The notes below the pieces were generated by a model. It searched no databases, was not told where the DNA came from, and was given only the letters and a program-made list of their open reading frames with translations. This document shows, in pieces, positions 29,588-39,621 of a stretch of DNA of 45,749 bases (the stretch's first letter is position 1; the number at the start of each line of letters is the position of its first letter). The position numbers and the translations under genes were made by a program. Source of the DNA: an uncultured Bacteroidota bacterium (lineage in GTDB: Bacteria > Bacteroidota > Bacteroidia > 2-12-FULL-35-15); NCBI GenBank assembly GCA_903870175.1, contig CAIQBY010000260.1, positions 1-45,749 of the forward strand, written 5' to 3'.

Positions 29588-30058
29588 ATGAAAAAAACAA
29601 TTATTTTAGGATTAATCTTGTGCGCTGCTATAGGCGTTAATGCACAAGAAACAACAACACCAAACCCGGTTAACCCAAATGCTCCAAAGTTTAAATTTGT
29701 GACAGAAGAAATTGATTATGGTACAATAGAACATAATGCAGACGGTAACCGTGAATTCAAATTTACAAACGTAGGTAAAGAACCGTTAATTATTTCCAAC
29801 GCAGCTGGTTCTTGCGGATGTACAGTGCCAACAGCTCCAAAAGAGCCGATTAAACCAGGTGAATCAGCAGTTATTAAAGTACACTATGCAACTGATAGAG
29901 TAGGTGCTTTTGAAAAAACAGTTACATTAACTTCAAATGCTGATGTGCCTTCAAAAGTCATCAAAATTAAAGGAGTTGTTAAACCAGATCCAACACCAGC
30001 ACCAGGGACTACACCTGCTGCTCCCGGAGCACCAGTTCCTACAGAACAAAAACACTAA
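29588..30058 (+). CDS. DUF1573 domain exported protein (tandem paralog)
   Basis: Signal peptide; FTNVGKEPLII..GSCGCTVP..IKPGES; Pro/Ala-rich tail. Confidence 0.92.
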   Translation: MKKTIILGLILCAAIGVNAQETTTPNPVNPNAPKFKFVTEEIDYGTIEHNADGNREFKFTNVGKEPLIISNAAGSCGCTVPTAPKEPIKPGESAVIKVHYATDRVGAFEKTVTLTSNADVPSKVIKIKGVVKPDPTPAPGTTPAAPGAPVPTEQKH

Positions 30059-30080
30059 TTAGTAATAGTTAGTAGTATTT

Positions 30081-30123
30081 CAAATCCTTCTTTGATTAAT
30101 TTCAAAGAAGGATTTGTTGTTTT
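30081..30123 (+). terminator. Intrinsic terminator
   Basis: caaatccttctttga / tcaaagaaggatttg perfect stem followed by a T-rich tail. Confidence 0.85.
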
Positions 30124-30221
30124 ATTAACGGCTGATTAGACCTGCCAATAAAATATTATTTTAATCATTTCTTCTTTCAGCACTAAATACTACCTTTGGC
30201 AACTTTTTAAAAACAAATAGA

Positions 30222-31421
30222 ATGCCAAAAGTATCCATAAAAGGCAATAACATGCCTTCATCACCAATTCGTAAATTGGTTCCTTATGCTGAAGCTGCAA
30301 AGAAAGCAGGAAAAAAGATATACCACTTGAATATTGGTCAGCCTGATATAGAAACGCCTGAAACAATGTTGAATGCAATAAAAAATTCCAATATAAAAGT
30401 GTTGGAGTATTCTCATTCCGCAGGTTTCGAATCGTATAGAAAAAAATTAGCTGTTTATTATAACAATTTTAAAATGCCTGTCGACTGGCACGATATTATT
30501 ATTACTACAGGCGGCTCCGAAGCTATTGAAATAGCGATGATGACTTGTTTCAATGCCGGCGATGAGATAATAATCCCGGAACCATTTTATGCTAATTACA
30601 ATGGTTTTTCCTGTGCAGCTGATGTAATTATTAAACCTGTAAAATCAACTATTGAAAATGGTTTTGCATTACCTCCTGTTTCTGAATTTGAAAAACTAAT
30701 TACTCCGAAAACTAAAGGGATAATGATATGTAATCCCGGAAACCCTACCGGTTATTTATATACTCGTGCAGAACTGGAGTCATTAAAACAATTGATATTG
30801 AAATACGATTTGTTCTTATTAAGTGACGAAGTGTATCGTGAGTTTTGTTATGATGGAAAGGAATATGTATCAGTGATGCATTTGGAAGGAATTGAAAATA
30901 ATGTTGTTCTTTTAGATTCAATTTCTAAACGCTATAGTGCTTGTGGCGCACGAATAGGAGCAATGATTTCTAAAAATAAAGAAGTCATGATTACAGCTAT
31001 GAAATTTGCTCAGGCCAGATTAAGTCCTCCAACATTTGGGCAAATAGGCGCAGAAGCCGCTTTGGAAACACCAAAGGAATATTTTGATAAAGTACAGAAG
31101 GAATACGTGGAACGCAGAAACTACATTATTGAAGCATTGAATAAAATGGAAGGAGTTTTTTGTCCTAAGCCAAGTGGAGCATTTTATTGCATCGCTCGTC
31201 TTCCCATTGATAATGCTGATAAATTTTGCCAGTGGTTATTAGAATCTTTTGAATATGAAGGCCAGACTGTTATGTTGGCGCCTGCTACAGGTTTCTATTC
31301 TACACCAGGCTCAGGAATTGATGAAGTACGATTGGCTTATGTATTAAATATTGATGCTTTGAAAAAGGCAATGGTCTGCCTGGAGCAAGCATTAAAAGTA
31401 TATCCGGGAAGAACTAAGTAA
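30222..31421 (+). CDS. PLP-dependent class I/II aminotransferase (aspartate aminotransferase-like)
   Basis: HLNIGQPD, NPGNPTG, SDEVYREF, DSISKRYSACGARIG; -7 element TACCTTTG at 30191-30198. Confidence 0.93.
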   Translation: MPKVSIKGNNMPSSPIRKLVPYAEAAKKAGKKIYHLNIGQPDIETPETMLNAIKNSNIKVLEYSHSAGFESYRKKLAVYYNNFKMPVDWHDIIITTGGSEAIEIAMMTCFNAGDEIIIPEPFYANYNGFSCAADVIIKPVKSTIENGFALPPVSEFEKLITPKTKGIMICNPGNPTGYLYTRAELESLKQLILKYDLFLLSDEVYREFCYDGKEYVSVMHLEGIENNVVLLDSISKRYSACGARIGAMISKNKEVMITAMKFAQARLSPPTFGQIGAEAALETPKEYFDKVQKEYVERRNYIIEALNKMEGVFCPKPSGAFYCIARLPIDNADKFCQWLLESFEYEGQTVMLAPATGFYSTPGSGIDEVRLAYVLNIDALKKAMVCLEQALKVYPGRTK

Positions 31422-31435
31422 ATTTATAGAAGAGT

Positions 31436-32224
31436 TTATTTTCTCTTTTTAAAATCAATAACTATATTGTCATAACAAATATAGTAGACTCCTTTTTTGA
31501 GGTTGGAGACATCTAAATTTTTACCAAAACCTTGTTTGGTAATGATTCCATAAGCATCGTATATTTGGTACATTGTTTCATCTGAGAACGAAATAGTTTT
31601 TGAATCTCTTGAGATGACATAAGTAGGTGTTGCTACACTGGAAACATAACTTATGGAAGTTGATTTTTTTGAAACATCTCCAAAACCTACTTGTTTAACA
31701 CGAAATTTATTCTCACCTGAATGTGGCGAAATTTTAAATGAATAGGTGTTTTTAGACATTTTTCCTGTTCCAAGTACTTCCCCTACTTTTATCCATTTAT
31801 GCCAACGAAATTGCTCAATGGTATAAGGCAAAGGACCCATTTCGTTTTTTGTTGTCCAGTTCAATATTTCATTTTTATCAATATTAATGTCTAATACTTC
31901 GAAAGTTGCATGAGGCTGCAAAACTTGAGGATTTATTACTCTTGGACTACAATCATCTTTATGATCAATTTTAACAATTACAGGGGTACCAGGTAATATA
32001 TTAAACTGGGTAAAATCAATTTCAAAAGAACTTGAATTTACCTCATCTGTAGAAATTCTACCATTTATTGACACTTGATAAGTACAGAAACCAACACCAT
32101 TTTCTGTTTGTCCATTAATAACATATAAGTTTTCATTTTGATACTTACCTTCCAGAACAAGCGTCCCTGCATTGATTGAACAATATGAAGTTGTTAATAA
32201 TATTAGAAAAAGAATATTTTTCAT
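31436..32224 (-). CDS. Exported hypothetical protein with CTD-like C-terminus
   Basis: Signal peptide; ends IYDAYG..LDVSNLKKGVYYI. Confidence 0.75.
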   Translation of the reverse strand: MKNILFLILLTTSYCSINAGTLVLEGKYQNENLYVINGQTENGVGFCTYQVSINGRISTDEVNSSSFEIDFTQFNILPGTPVIVKIDHKDDCSPRVINPQVLQPHATFEVLDINIDKNEILNWTTKNEMGPLPYTIEQFRWHKWIKVGEVLGTGKMSKNTYSFKISPHSGENKFRVKQVGFGDVSKKSTSISYVSSVATPTYVISRDSKTISFSDETMYQIYDAYGIITKQGFGKNLDVSNLKKGVYYICYDNIVIDFKKRK

Positions 32225-32389
32225 TGAGAGGCGGTAAACTATTCAACGTCAAAATTAATAAATTAATATATCAATACTGCTATTTTGTCAAATTAATTTT
32301 CAACAAAATCAAGACATTTAAGACAGCAGTTTTTGTTCGCGGATGTAATATGTATTTCTTAACGGAGAAAAAGCCGGAATATTATAAAC

Positions 32390-32587
32390 CTAAGGGAAAA
32401 ATAAATGCTTTAATTTCACTATTCCGAATAGTGCGAAAAATACAAATAATGAGAACAACAGAATCTTATAGCTTCCTTTAAAAAATTTCTTATTATCTAC
32501 CTTGTCTTTGCTATACGCCCATATTATCGCAATAATAAATGTTATTGCGAAAACCAATGCGAAAATTAACTGCCCTCTTGAAAACAT
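32390..32587 (-). CDS. Small two-TM membrane protein
   Basis: MFSRGQLIFA start, two hydrophobic helices separated by a charged loop. Confidence 0.75.
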   Translation of the reverse strand: MFSRGQLIFALVFAITFIIAIIWAYSKDKVDNKKFFKGSYKILLFSLFVFFALFGIVKLKHLFFP

Positions 32588-32703
32588 TTGCTTCTCCTTA
32601 TTTGTTTAATAATTCCGAATGTAAAATTACAATAAATACTTTCTGCAAATAAAAAAACTTAAACATTAGCTGTAATTGTTAATTTTACTGCAAAATTTTA
32701 TTA

Positions 32704-34812
32704 TTGTATGCAAAAATCGAAAGTTATCTTTCTATTGTGTTTTTTTTTTTTAATAGTATCGGTCATGCAAATAAAATTTCCAAAGCATTCGATGCCCTCA
32801 AAATCTATAATTATTTTGAAGCAAAGCAATTGTTTGAAAAATCTTTAAGCAAGGAGCCTGCTTGCGCTTCATTTGGATTAAGTATTATTTATTATCGAAA
32901 TGACAATCCTTTTTTTAATATTGACAGCGCTTATAAATTCATAATTAAGTCTGAAAATGCTTTTCAAAAAGCAGACATAAAAACAATTGCAAATTATAAA
33001 CAGTTTAATGTAACTGCCAATTCCATTGACTCTCTGAAAGAGTTAATCCATAATAAGGCATTTGATATATATAAAAGCAAAAAGAAAATTGATGTTCTAA
33101 ATTCCTTTATCGAAAAATATGTAACGGCACCTCAATGTTTTAAGGCTATCGAATTAAGGGATAGCATGGTTTTCGATCAAGTTAAAAAAGAAGATACTTA
33201 TACAGTGTATAAAAACTTCATTGAAAAATATCCTTATGCAAAAGAAATTAAAGAGACCAAAGAGCGATACGAAGCAACATTGTTTCAAGCTTCGACAAAA
33301 AATAATACTATCGAAGAATTTGTAAGATTTATTACCAATTACCCTTCTTCGCCTTATTTAGATGAGGCCCAGAATTCTATTTACGCTCTATCAACTTCTC
33401 ATGGAACTATCGAGGAATACCACAATTTCATTTTGAAATATCCAACTAATATTAATGTAGAAACTGCCTGGCATAATATATATAGCATTTACACAGCCGA
33501 TTATAAAACAACATCTTTGCTTCAATTCAAAAAGGAGTTTCCTGATTATCCTTTTTCTGATATTATTAATCAGGATATTGAACTGTCTCAAAAGAAATTA
33601 TTTGTTGCACGCGAAAATGGGAAGTGGGGTTTTATCGATTCTACAGGGCATTCAGCTATTCCTTATATTTATGAATGGGTAGAGGATTTTTCTGAAGGAG
33701 TTGCTGAGTGCGGCTTGAATGGTAAAGCTGGTTTCATTAATAAAGCCGGCAAATTAGTTATTCCTTTTATTTATGAAGAGGTAGAACCTTTTAAACATGG
33801 GGTTTCCATCGTAAAGCAGAATACTAAATATGGTATAATAAACAAATCAGGAAAGTTGGTTGTCCCTTTTCAATATGATGAAATAGGAGAATTTTCGGAA
33901 GGAATGGCTGTAGTTTCAAAAGCAGAAAAATGCGGTTACATGGACGAATCGCTTAATTTAGTAATACCTGTCACTTATTCAAAAGCAGGTGATTTTTCTG
34001 AAGGACTTGCATCAGTTGAGATTGGCGGCCAAAAAGGTTTTATTAATAAATCAGGAGTAGTTTTTATTCCTTGTAAATATGATTGGGTGGATAATTTTAA
34101 ACACGGTTTTGCAATCGTAAAATCAGCCAAGAAACTCGGCATTATTAATTCAAAAGGCGAAACTTTTCTTCCATGTGAATACGATTTTCTTGGCGAATTC
34201 TCCGAAGGATTAATGATGGTTGTTAAAGACAATAAATATGGATTTGTAAATAATGACGGTCTGGTGGTTATACCTATCGAATATGATTATAGCGGTACGG
34301 AAATAAAGTTTAAAAATGATTGTGCTGTTGCCGAAAAAAATAAGAAGCAAGGGCTGATTGATAAGAAAGGTAAATATATTACTACTAAAGATTTTGATAA
34401 AATAGAACCTTTCAGTGAAGGCCTTGCAGCTGCTCTGCGCAAAGAAAAGTGGGGATATATTGATACTAAACTGAAATTACAGATTCATTATACATTCCAG
34501 GCGGCAGGCGAATTCAATAACGGTTTGGCTAAAGTAAAAAAGAACGATAAGGTTGGATTTATTGATAAGGCAGGCAAATCTGTTATTGGTTTCAATTATG
34601 ATGAAGCCGAGGATTTTAAAAACAGATTAAGCATCGTTACCATTGATGATAAATTAGGTTTTATTGATAATAGCGGAAACACTATTATTCCTTGCGAATG
34701 GGACACCATCACAAATCTAACAGGTTCAATAATTAAAGTTGAAAAGAATAAAAAGATAGCCTACTATAATATTAAAGACTTGGAATATATCTGGAAAGAA
34801 GAAGGATTTTAA
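32704..34812 (+). CDS. WG-repeat (KWG-like) exported protein; start ambiguous because of a T12 tract
   Basis: Many K(W/Y)GFID.G..VIP..Y....FSEGLA repeats; helical YP-type repeats in the N-terminal half. Confidence 0.88.
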   Translation: MYAKIESYLSIVFFFFNSIGHANKISKAFDALKIYNYFEAKQLFEKSLSKEPACASFGLSIIYYRNDNPFFNIDSAYKFIIKSENAFQKADIKTIANYKQFNVTANSIDSLKELIHNKAFDIYKSKKKIDVLNSFIEKYVTAPQCFKAIELRDSMVFDQVKKEDTYTVYKNFIEKYPYAKEIKETKERYEATLFQASTKNNTIEEFVRFITNYPSSPYLDEAQNSIYALSTSHGTIEEYHNFILKYPTNINVETAWHNIYSIYTADYKTTSLLQFKKEFPDYPFSDIINQDIELSQKKLFVARENGKWGFIDSTGHSAIPYIYEWVEDFSEGVAECGLNGKAGFINKAGKLVIPFIYEEVEPFKHGVSIVKQNTKYGIINKSGKLVVPFQYDEIGEFSEGMAVVSKAEKCGYMDESLNLVIPVTYSKAGDFSEGLASVEIGGQKGFINKSGVVFIPCKYDWVDNFKHGFAIVKSAKKLGIINSKGETFLPCEYDFLGEFSEGLMMVVKDNKYGFVNNDGLVVIPIEYDYSGTEIKFKNDCAVAEKNKKQGLIDKKGKYITTKDFDKIEPFSEGLAAALRKEKWGYIDTKLKLQIHYTFQAAGEFNNGLAKVKKNDKVGFIDKAGKSVIGFNYDEAEDFKNRLSIVTIDDKLGFIDNSGNTIIPCEWDTITNLTGSIIKVEKNKKIAYYNIKDLEYIWKEEGF

Positions 34813-34827
34813 AAGTTAGATATTAAT

Positions 34828-35766
34828 CTAAATCTTTAATTTCTGCCCAAGATGTAAAACGGAATTGGTACTTAATCCATTCTTTTGGCAAAGAACACTA
34901 ACTGAAGTACCATATTTACGGGCAATAATATATAACGAATCCCCTTGTTTCACCACATATACATTACCGGTTAATTTCCCTGCATTTTGGTTAACAACAT
35001 TTGTTTTTGAATTATAGTTTTTAGCCAATCCTTTGTTATAATTTTTAGCAGCATAGCTAAATGTTTTTTTACTCAGCATAAGAGTATCCGAAACTAATTT
35101 ATGCTCGTCAAAAGAAATAATGTCTGCAGGATTTATAGGTTGACCAAGATAACGAACTTCAAAATGCAAATGACTTCCATGCGACCATCCTGTATTGCCA
35201 CCCAATCCTATAATATCGCCTGCCGAAACTTCCTGGCCAACCTGTACATTCAATTTCGAAAGGTGGGCATAATAAGTTTCCAATCCATTGCTATGACGTA
35301 TTACTACTACATTGCCATAACTTTTACTTTTTTTAGCAATTCTTACTTTGCCATCAAAAGCAGCACCTACAGCATCTCCTGTTTGCAAATGAAGATCCAT
35401 CCCATAATGAAAATACCTGCGACAGCGCCCAAAAGGACAATTTATTTTTCCTAAAACCGGTGGAACATACCCGCAACTGTTTTTATCATTCAATACAATT
35501 GTTTTTATACTGTCCTTTAACGATTCAACTTTGAATTTAGTATAATGTATATTCTCAGTATCAAATTCGCCATAAATATCCGAAGCCGAATATTCACTAG
35601 CTGCCGAATCACTGAAAGTCAGTAAAACTTCTTTATTAAAATTATCGGGAACGGTATCTGTAGGATCTGGATTGGGAGATGTGTATACGAAAGTACTAAA
35701 TCCTGTTGTGGCAAATGCCACTTGCAGAAATGAAAAAAGAAGAAGTAAAGAAAAGGTCTTTTTCAT
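34828..35766 (-). CDS. M23 peptidase with C-terminal LysM domain
   Basis: HYGMD (HxxxD), YAHL, HLHFE; YVVKQGDSLYIIARKYG..LHLGQKLKI. Confidence 0.93.
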   Translation of the reverse strand: MKKTFSLLLLFSFLQVAFATTGFSTFVYTSPNPDPTDTVPDNFNKEVLLTFSDSAASEYSASDIYGEFDTENIHYTKFKVESLKDSIKTIVLNDKNSCGYVPPVLGKINCPFGRCRRYFHYGMDLHLQTGDAVGAAFDGKVRIAKKSKSYGNVVVIRHSNGLETYYAHLSKLNVQVGQEVSAGDIIGLGGNTGWSHGSHLHFEVRYLGQPINPADIISFDEHKLVSDTLMLSKKTFSYAAKNYNKGLAKNYNSKTNVVNQNAGKLTGNVYVVKQGDSLYIIARKYGTSVSVLCQKNGLSTNSVLHLGQKLKI

Positions 35767-36010
35767 TATTTAATTTAATACAACTATTACTATCTGAGTC
35801 CATCTTGTTTTTAAAGATGTGCAAATATGTAAAAATTATTTTAATATCCAACAGTTAATTTATGTTAACCCTTATTATTTTTATTTCTCAGAAAATTATC
35901 CTCCCTCAAAATTTAATTTCACCAAAATCTTCAGATATATCAAATTAATTACTCAATATTCAGAAAAACCTTATATTTGTCGAACTATTAATTAATAAAT
36001 TCATAATATA

Positions 36011-36199
36011 ATGAAAACAGGTACAGTAAAGTTTTTTAACAATGCAAAAGGTTTTGGTTTTATCGCAAGTGATGATGGACAGGAATTGTTCGTTCATGTA
36101 ACTGGTATTGTTGACCAGATTCGCGATGGAGACAAAGTAACTTTTGATATTGCTGAAGGTAAAAAAGGATTAAACGCAGTGAATGTAAAAAAAGCATAA
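36011..36199 (+). CDS. csp: Cold-shock protein
   Basis: GTVKFFN..KGFGFI (RNP1), LFVH (RNP2); -7 element TATATTTG at 35972-35979. Confidence 0.96.
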   Translation: MKTGTVKFFNNAKGFGFIASDDGQELFVHVTGIVDQIRDGDKVTFDIAEGKKGLNAVNVKKA

Positions 36200-36217
36200 T
36201 TGTTATAGCTTATCCTT

Positions 36218-36255
36218 AAAAAAAATCCCGTCTTTGAAAAAAGACGGGATTTTTT
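36218..36255. terminator. Bidirectional intrinsic terminator between csp and rng
   Basis: aaaaaatcccgtcttt / aaagacgggatttttt. Confidence 0.9.
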
Positions 36256-36270
36256 ATTTAATACCTGATG

Positions 36271-36298
36271 TTTAGAATTTAGATATTAGAATTTAGAA
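36271..36298. repeat. 4 x 7-bp TTTAGAA-type repeat
   Basis: tttagaa tttagat attagaa tttagaa. Confidence 0.75.
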
Positions 36299-36306
36299 TT
36301 TAAAAC

Positions 36307-37860
36307 CTATACCTTTATTTCATCATCATTTTTATTTAAGAAATGATATTCCAAAAAGTTGTATGACGAAACAGCTTTCACCTTCAAGGTTTTGCCGTAT
36401 TTTTTACTCCACTGTCTGCGTAGCGAATTAAATATTCCTCTTGTTATAAATGCCTCCAGATATGGATGAACACAAAGAGTTACACCCGATTCATTTTGTT
36501 CTTTTAATATATATCTAACATTGTTTTCTATTTCATCCATCAACAATATACTTGCCTGTATCTCACCGCTGCCGCCGCATGTAGGACATTTCTCTACAGT
36601 CACAATATTCATTTCAGGGCGCACACGCTGACGCGTAATCTGTATCAACCCGAATTTACTTGGTGGCAGAATATTATGCTTTGCCCTGTCCTTCGCCATT
36701 TCATCACGCATCCTTTCGTAAAGCATTTTACGATTATCAGCATTATGCAAGTCGATAAAATCAACAACTATAATACCGCCCATATCGCGCAATCGCAATT
36801 GGCGTGCTATTTCTACAGCTGCTTCCAGGTTTATTTCCAGCGCATTTGTTTCCTGATTGTTATCCGATTTTGCACGATTGCCGCTGTTCACGTCAATCAC
36901 GTGCATCGCCTCAGTATGCTCCACTATCAGGTAACCGCCACTTTTCATGGTTACAGTTTTTCCAAACAGCGCTTTTATTTGTCTGTCAATCCCGAAATTA
37001 TCAAAGATGGGAACAGTCCCTTTATATAGTTTTAGTATTTTCTCTTTATCAGGCGCAATAGTTTGCAAATACGTTTTTGTTTCTTCATACAATTCAGCAT
37101 CATTTATATGAATACTGTTAAAGCTCGCATTCAATAAATCACGAAGTATGGCAGATGTTCTGTCAATTTCACCAAGTACTTTTTGCGGAGGTTGTGCAGT
37201 TTTTAATGCCTGATAACATTTTTCCCATTTCGCCACCAAATCATTCAAGTCAGCATCAAGGTCAGCTACCGATTTTCCTTCAGCAACAGTTCTTATAATA
37301 ACTCCGAAATTTTTTGGCTTTATGCTCGCAAGCAATCTTTTTAATCGCGTTTTCTCTTCGTTGGTTTTTATTTTTTGCGATACAGAAATCTTGTCCGAAA
37401 AAGGAATCAGAACAATATATCTTCCTGCCAGCGAAATTTCTGTTGTAATTCTCGGACCCTTTGTAGAAATCGGTTCCTTCGCTATCTGAATAAGAAGCTG
37501 TTGATTTGCATTTATTACAGTTCCTATTTTCCCGTCTTTCGGTATATCATTTTCCAGTTTAAAATACATCAGGTTCGATGTAGTTTGTTTTTCTGTCTGA
37601 ACAAGTTTTGTGTACTTGCTAAACGAGTTGGCTTGCGGACCTAAGTCCAGATAATGCAAGAATGCGTCTTTTTCGTATCCCACATCCACAAAGGCGGCAT
37701 TCAATCCGGGCATCACTTTTTTTACCCGTCCAAGATATATGTCGCCAACCGAAAAATTATTGTTGCTCTTCTCACGATTAAGTTCTACTAATCGTTTATC
37801 ATTCAATAAAGCAATAACAACTTCGGAGGGAGTGGAATCAATGATTAATTCGTTGTTCAC
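36307..37860 (-). CDS. rng: Rne/Rng family ribonuclease (RNase G/E)
   Basis: S1 domain GDIYLGRV..AAFVDVG, KEPISTKGPR, IDVNSG, RQLRLRDMGGIIVVDFID, CPTC Zn link. Confidence 0.95.
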   Translation of the reverse strand: MNNELIIDSTPSEVVIALLNDKRLVELNREKSNNNFSVGDIYLGRVKKVMPGLNAAFVDVGYEKDAFLHYLDLGPQANSFSKYTKLVQTEKQTTSNLMYFKLENDIPKDGKIGTVINANQQLLIQIAKEPISTKGPRITTEISLAGRYIVLIPFSDKISVSQKIKTNEEKTRLKRLLASIKPKNFGVIIRTVAEGKSVADLDADLNDLVAKWEKCYQALKTAQPPQKVLGEIDRTSAILRDLLNASFNSIHINDAELYEETKTYLQTIAPDKEKILKLYKGTVPIFDNFGIDRQIKALFGKTVTMKSGGYLIVEHTEAMHVIDVNSGNRAKSDNNQETNALEINLEAAVEIARQLRLRDMGGIIVVDFIDLHNADNRKMLYERMRDEMAKDRAKHNILPPSKFGLIQITRQRVRPEMNIVTVEKCPTCGGSGEIQASILLMDEIENNVRYILKEQNESGVTLCVHPYLEAFITRGIFNSLRRQWSKKYGKTLKVKAVSSYNFLEYHFLNKNDDEIKV

Positions 37861-38064
37861 TCTAAAATGTTTTAAATAAATACAATTATCCCATCTCTCG
37901 CTTTCGGAGCAGCAGGATAAATTCTAATGTTTTTTTAACAGGGCTAATTCCGGAAATGTACCGGAACGAAGATAAACTTAAGTGCGTAAATAAACAGAAT
38001 GGGAAATCCCATCCTGTTATAATAATGCTACAAACGCAATTAAAACTAACAGCTTATTCAGCTA

Positions 38065-38154
38065 TTATTTTTTCTTATGTCTATTTTTCCTCAAACGTTT
38101 TTTACGTTTGTGAGTAGCCATTTTATGTCTTTTTCTTTTTTTACCGCTTGGCAT
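38065..38154 (-). CDS. 30S ribosomal protein bS22 (mS38/AURKAIP1-COX24-like), not in the ORF track
   Basis: Hand translation MPSGKKRKRHKMATHKRKKRLRKNRHKKK* (29 aa). Confidence 0.9.
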   Translation of the reverse strand: MPSGKKRKRHKMATHKRKKRLRKNRHKKK

Positions 38155-38166
38155 AACTAATGGTTT

Positions 38167-38997
38167 TTAATTTGTTTTTAATTTATTTATATAATCTCTC
38201 GTTTCTTTCTTTACCGATTCATCGTCCACCAACGAATAATATTTCTCAAGGCTCTCAATCGCTTTCGCTTTATCACCTTTTTGCTGATACGCATCCGATA
38301 GATGCAGATAAGCATCAATAAAATCAGGCTTCAGCACCAACACCTTTTCAAATCTTCTTATTGCCCTGTCCCATTGCCCTGATTTCTCACTGAAAAAAGC
38401 GAAGTTCAATTGCAGATTCACATTGTTCGAATCCGTTTTTTCCGCCTCTCTCAACAGCCCGATTCCTTTCATCGGTTCCGGACTACCTTCCACATAGCAA
38501 GCACCTAAATTAATTTTAGCCTCCATGTTTTTCGGATTCAGTTCCAGTGTTTTTTCATAACACTCAATCGCCTTCCCGTATATCAGCCCCTTGTCACCTT
38601 CAGCAGCCAGTCGTGCAGCACCAAAAAACCGGTTGCCCGCCTCATACCAGTTCTGCTCATTTGGCGAAGCCATCGCAGCCTGCTCAAAATAATAAGCAGC
38701 CACAGCAGGCTGTCGCAAAGTATCCCATTGATTAATGATATTCTCAAAAGCAGTCTTTTTATCCGGCGAACTTTTCACAGCTTCCTCCATCATCTCCACT
38801 TCTTTTTTCTGAGAAGCAGACAGCTTAGCTTTCGCATTTTCAATCAACGTCAATATCCCTGCACTATTCGGTGTCGAATGTTCCGACATTTTCGCCTCCT
38901 CCTTTTTAGGAATCGTAGTGTTGGTAAATAATAAAAGAACGATTAATACTATCGAGCCTGCAATTACCCCTATTTGTGTTTTAGTCACAGCGCCCAT
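38167..38997 (-). CDS. Membrane-anchored tetratricopeptide repeat protein
   Basis: N-terminal TM helix; AIECYEKTLELNP, AIRRFEKVL, AYLHLSDAY repeats. Confidence 0.88.
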   Translation of the reverse strand: MGAVTKTQIGVIAGSIVLIVLLLFTNTTIPKKEEAKMSEHSTPNSAGILTLIENAKAKLSASQKKEVEMMEEAVKSSPDKKTAFENIINQWDTLRQPAVAAYYFEQAAMASPNEQNWYEAGNRFFGAARLAAEGDKGLIYGKAIECYEKTLELNPKNMEAKINLGACYVEGSPEPMKGIGLLREAEKTDSNNVNLQLNFAFFSEKSGQWDRAIRRFEKVLVLKPDFIDAYLHLSDAYQQKGDKAKAIESLEKYYSLVDDESVKKETRDYINKLKTN

Positions 38998-39001
38998 TCA
39001 A

Positions 39002-39029
39002 TTTAGAATTTAGAAATTAGTATTTAGAA
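39002..39029. repeat. 4 x 7-bp TTTAGAA-type repeat
   Basis: tttagaa tttagaa attagta tttagaa. Confidence 0.75.
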
Positions 39030-39048
39030 TTTCCATTCTAAAACTTAA

Positions 39049-39366
39049 TTACTTTGTTTTAGCTTTTCTTTCTTTCTTAACCTTCTTAACCGATTTCTTC
39101 ATGTTATTCGAAAACGTTTTAGCAGCCTTAAAAGCAGCAATATTATGAGCCGGAATAAGAACAGTAGTTTTCGCTGTTATATTTCTACCCAATTTCTCAG
39201 CACGTCTTTTAACCACAAATGTTCCAAAACCTCTCAAATATACGCTTTCACCGTTTATCATCGATTCCTTCACTGTTTTCATAAATGCTTCAACAGTTGC
39301 CATTACCACTACTTTTTCTACTCCTGTGTTTTTTGCAATTTCGTTTACAATTCCTGCTTTTGTCAT
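39049..39366 (-). CDS. hup: HU/IHF family DNA-binding protein with Lys-rich tail
   Basis: MTKA.IV..IA, VYLRGFGTF..RAEKLGRNI; -7 element TATATTTG at 39424-39431. Confidence 0.93.
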   Translation of the reverse strand: MTKAGIVNEIAKNTGVEKVVVMATVEAFMKTVKESMINGESVYLRGFGTFVVKRRAEKLGRNITAKTTVLIPAHNIAAFKAAKTFSNNMKKSVKKVKKERKAKTK

Positions 39367-39505
39367 ACTCTATTAATTATTTTAAAATCAACTATTTATT
39401 TACTTTATTTTTATTTTGGGGTGCAAATATAGTATTTTATTGCATTCAGAAAACTTTTATTTTACTTTTCCCCGTGATAATCGATTAATAATTAATATTT
39501 TCTTA

Positions 39506-39619
39506 TCACTCCTTCACAAGTTTCATCACCCTCGTCTCTCTCTGCTTATCGTAGGAATCCGTTATTACAGAAACAAAATAAATGCCCGGCGCATTATCAA
39601 GAGTAATATTTATTTCCCT
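39506..39619 (-). pseudogene. Orphan 3' remnant of a T9SS type A CTD gene
   Basis: Hand translation REINITLDNAPGIYFVSVITDSYDKQRETRVMKLVKE*; no start codon; begins right after the 39622 stop in a different frame. Confidence 0.7.
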
Positions 39620-39621
39620 GG

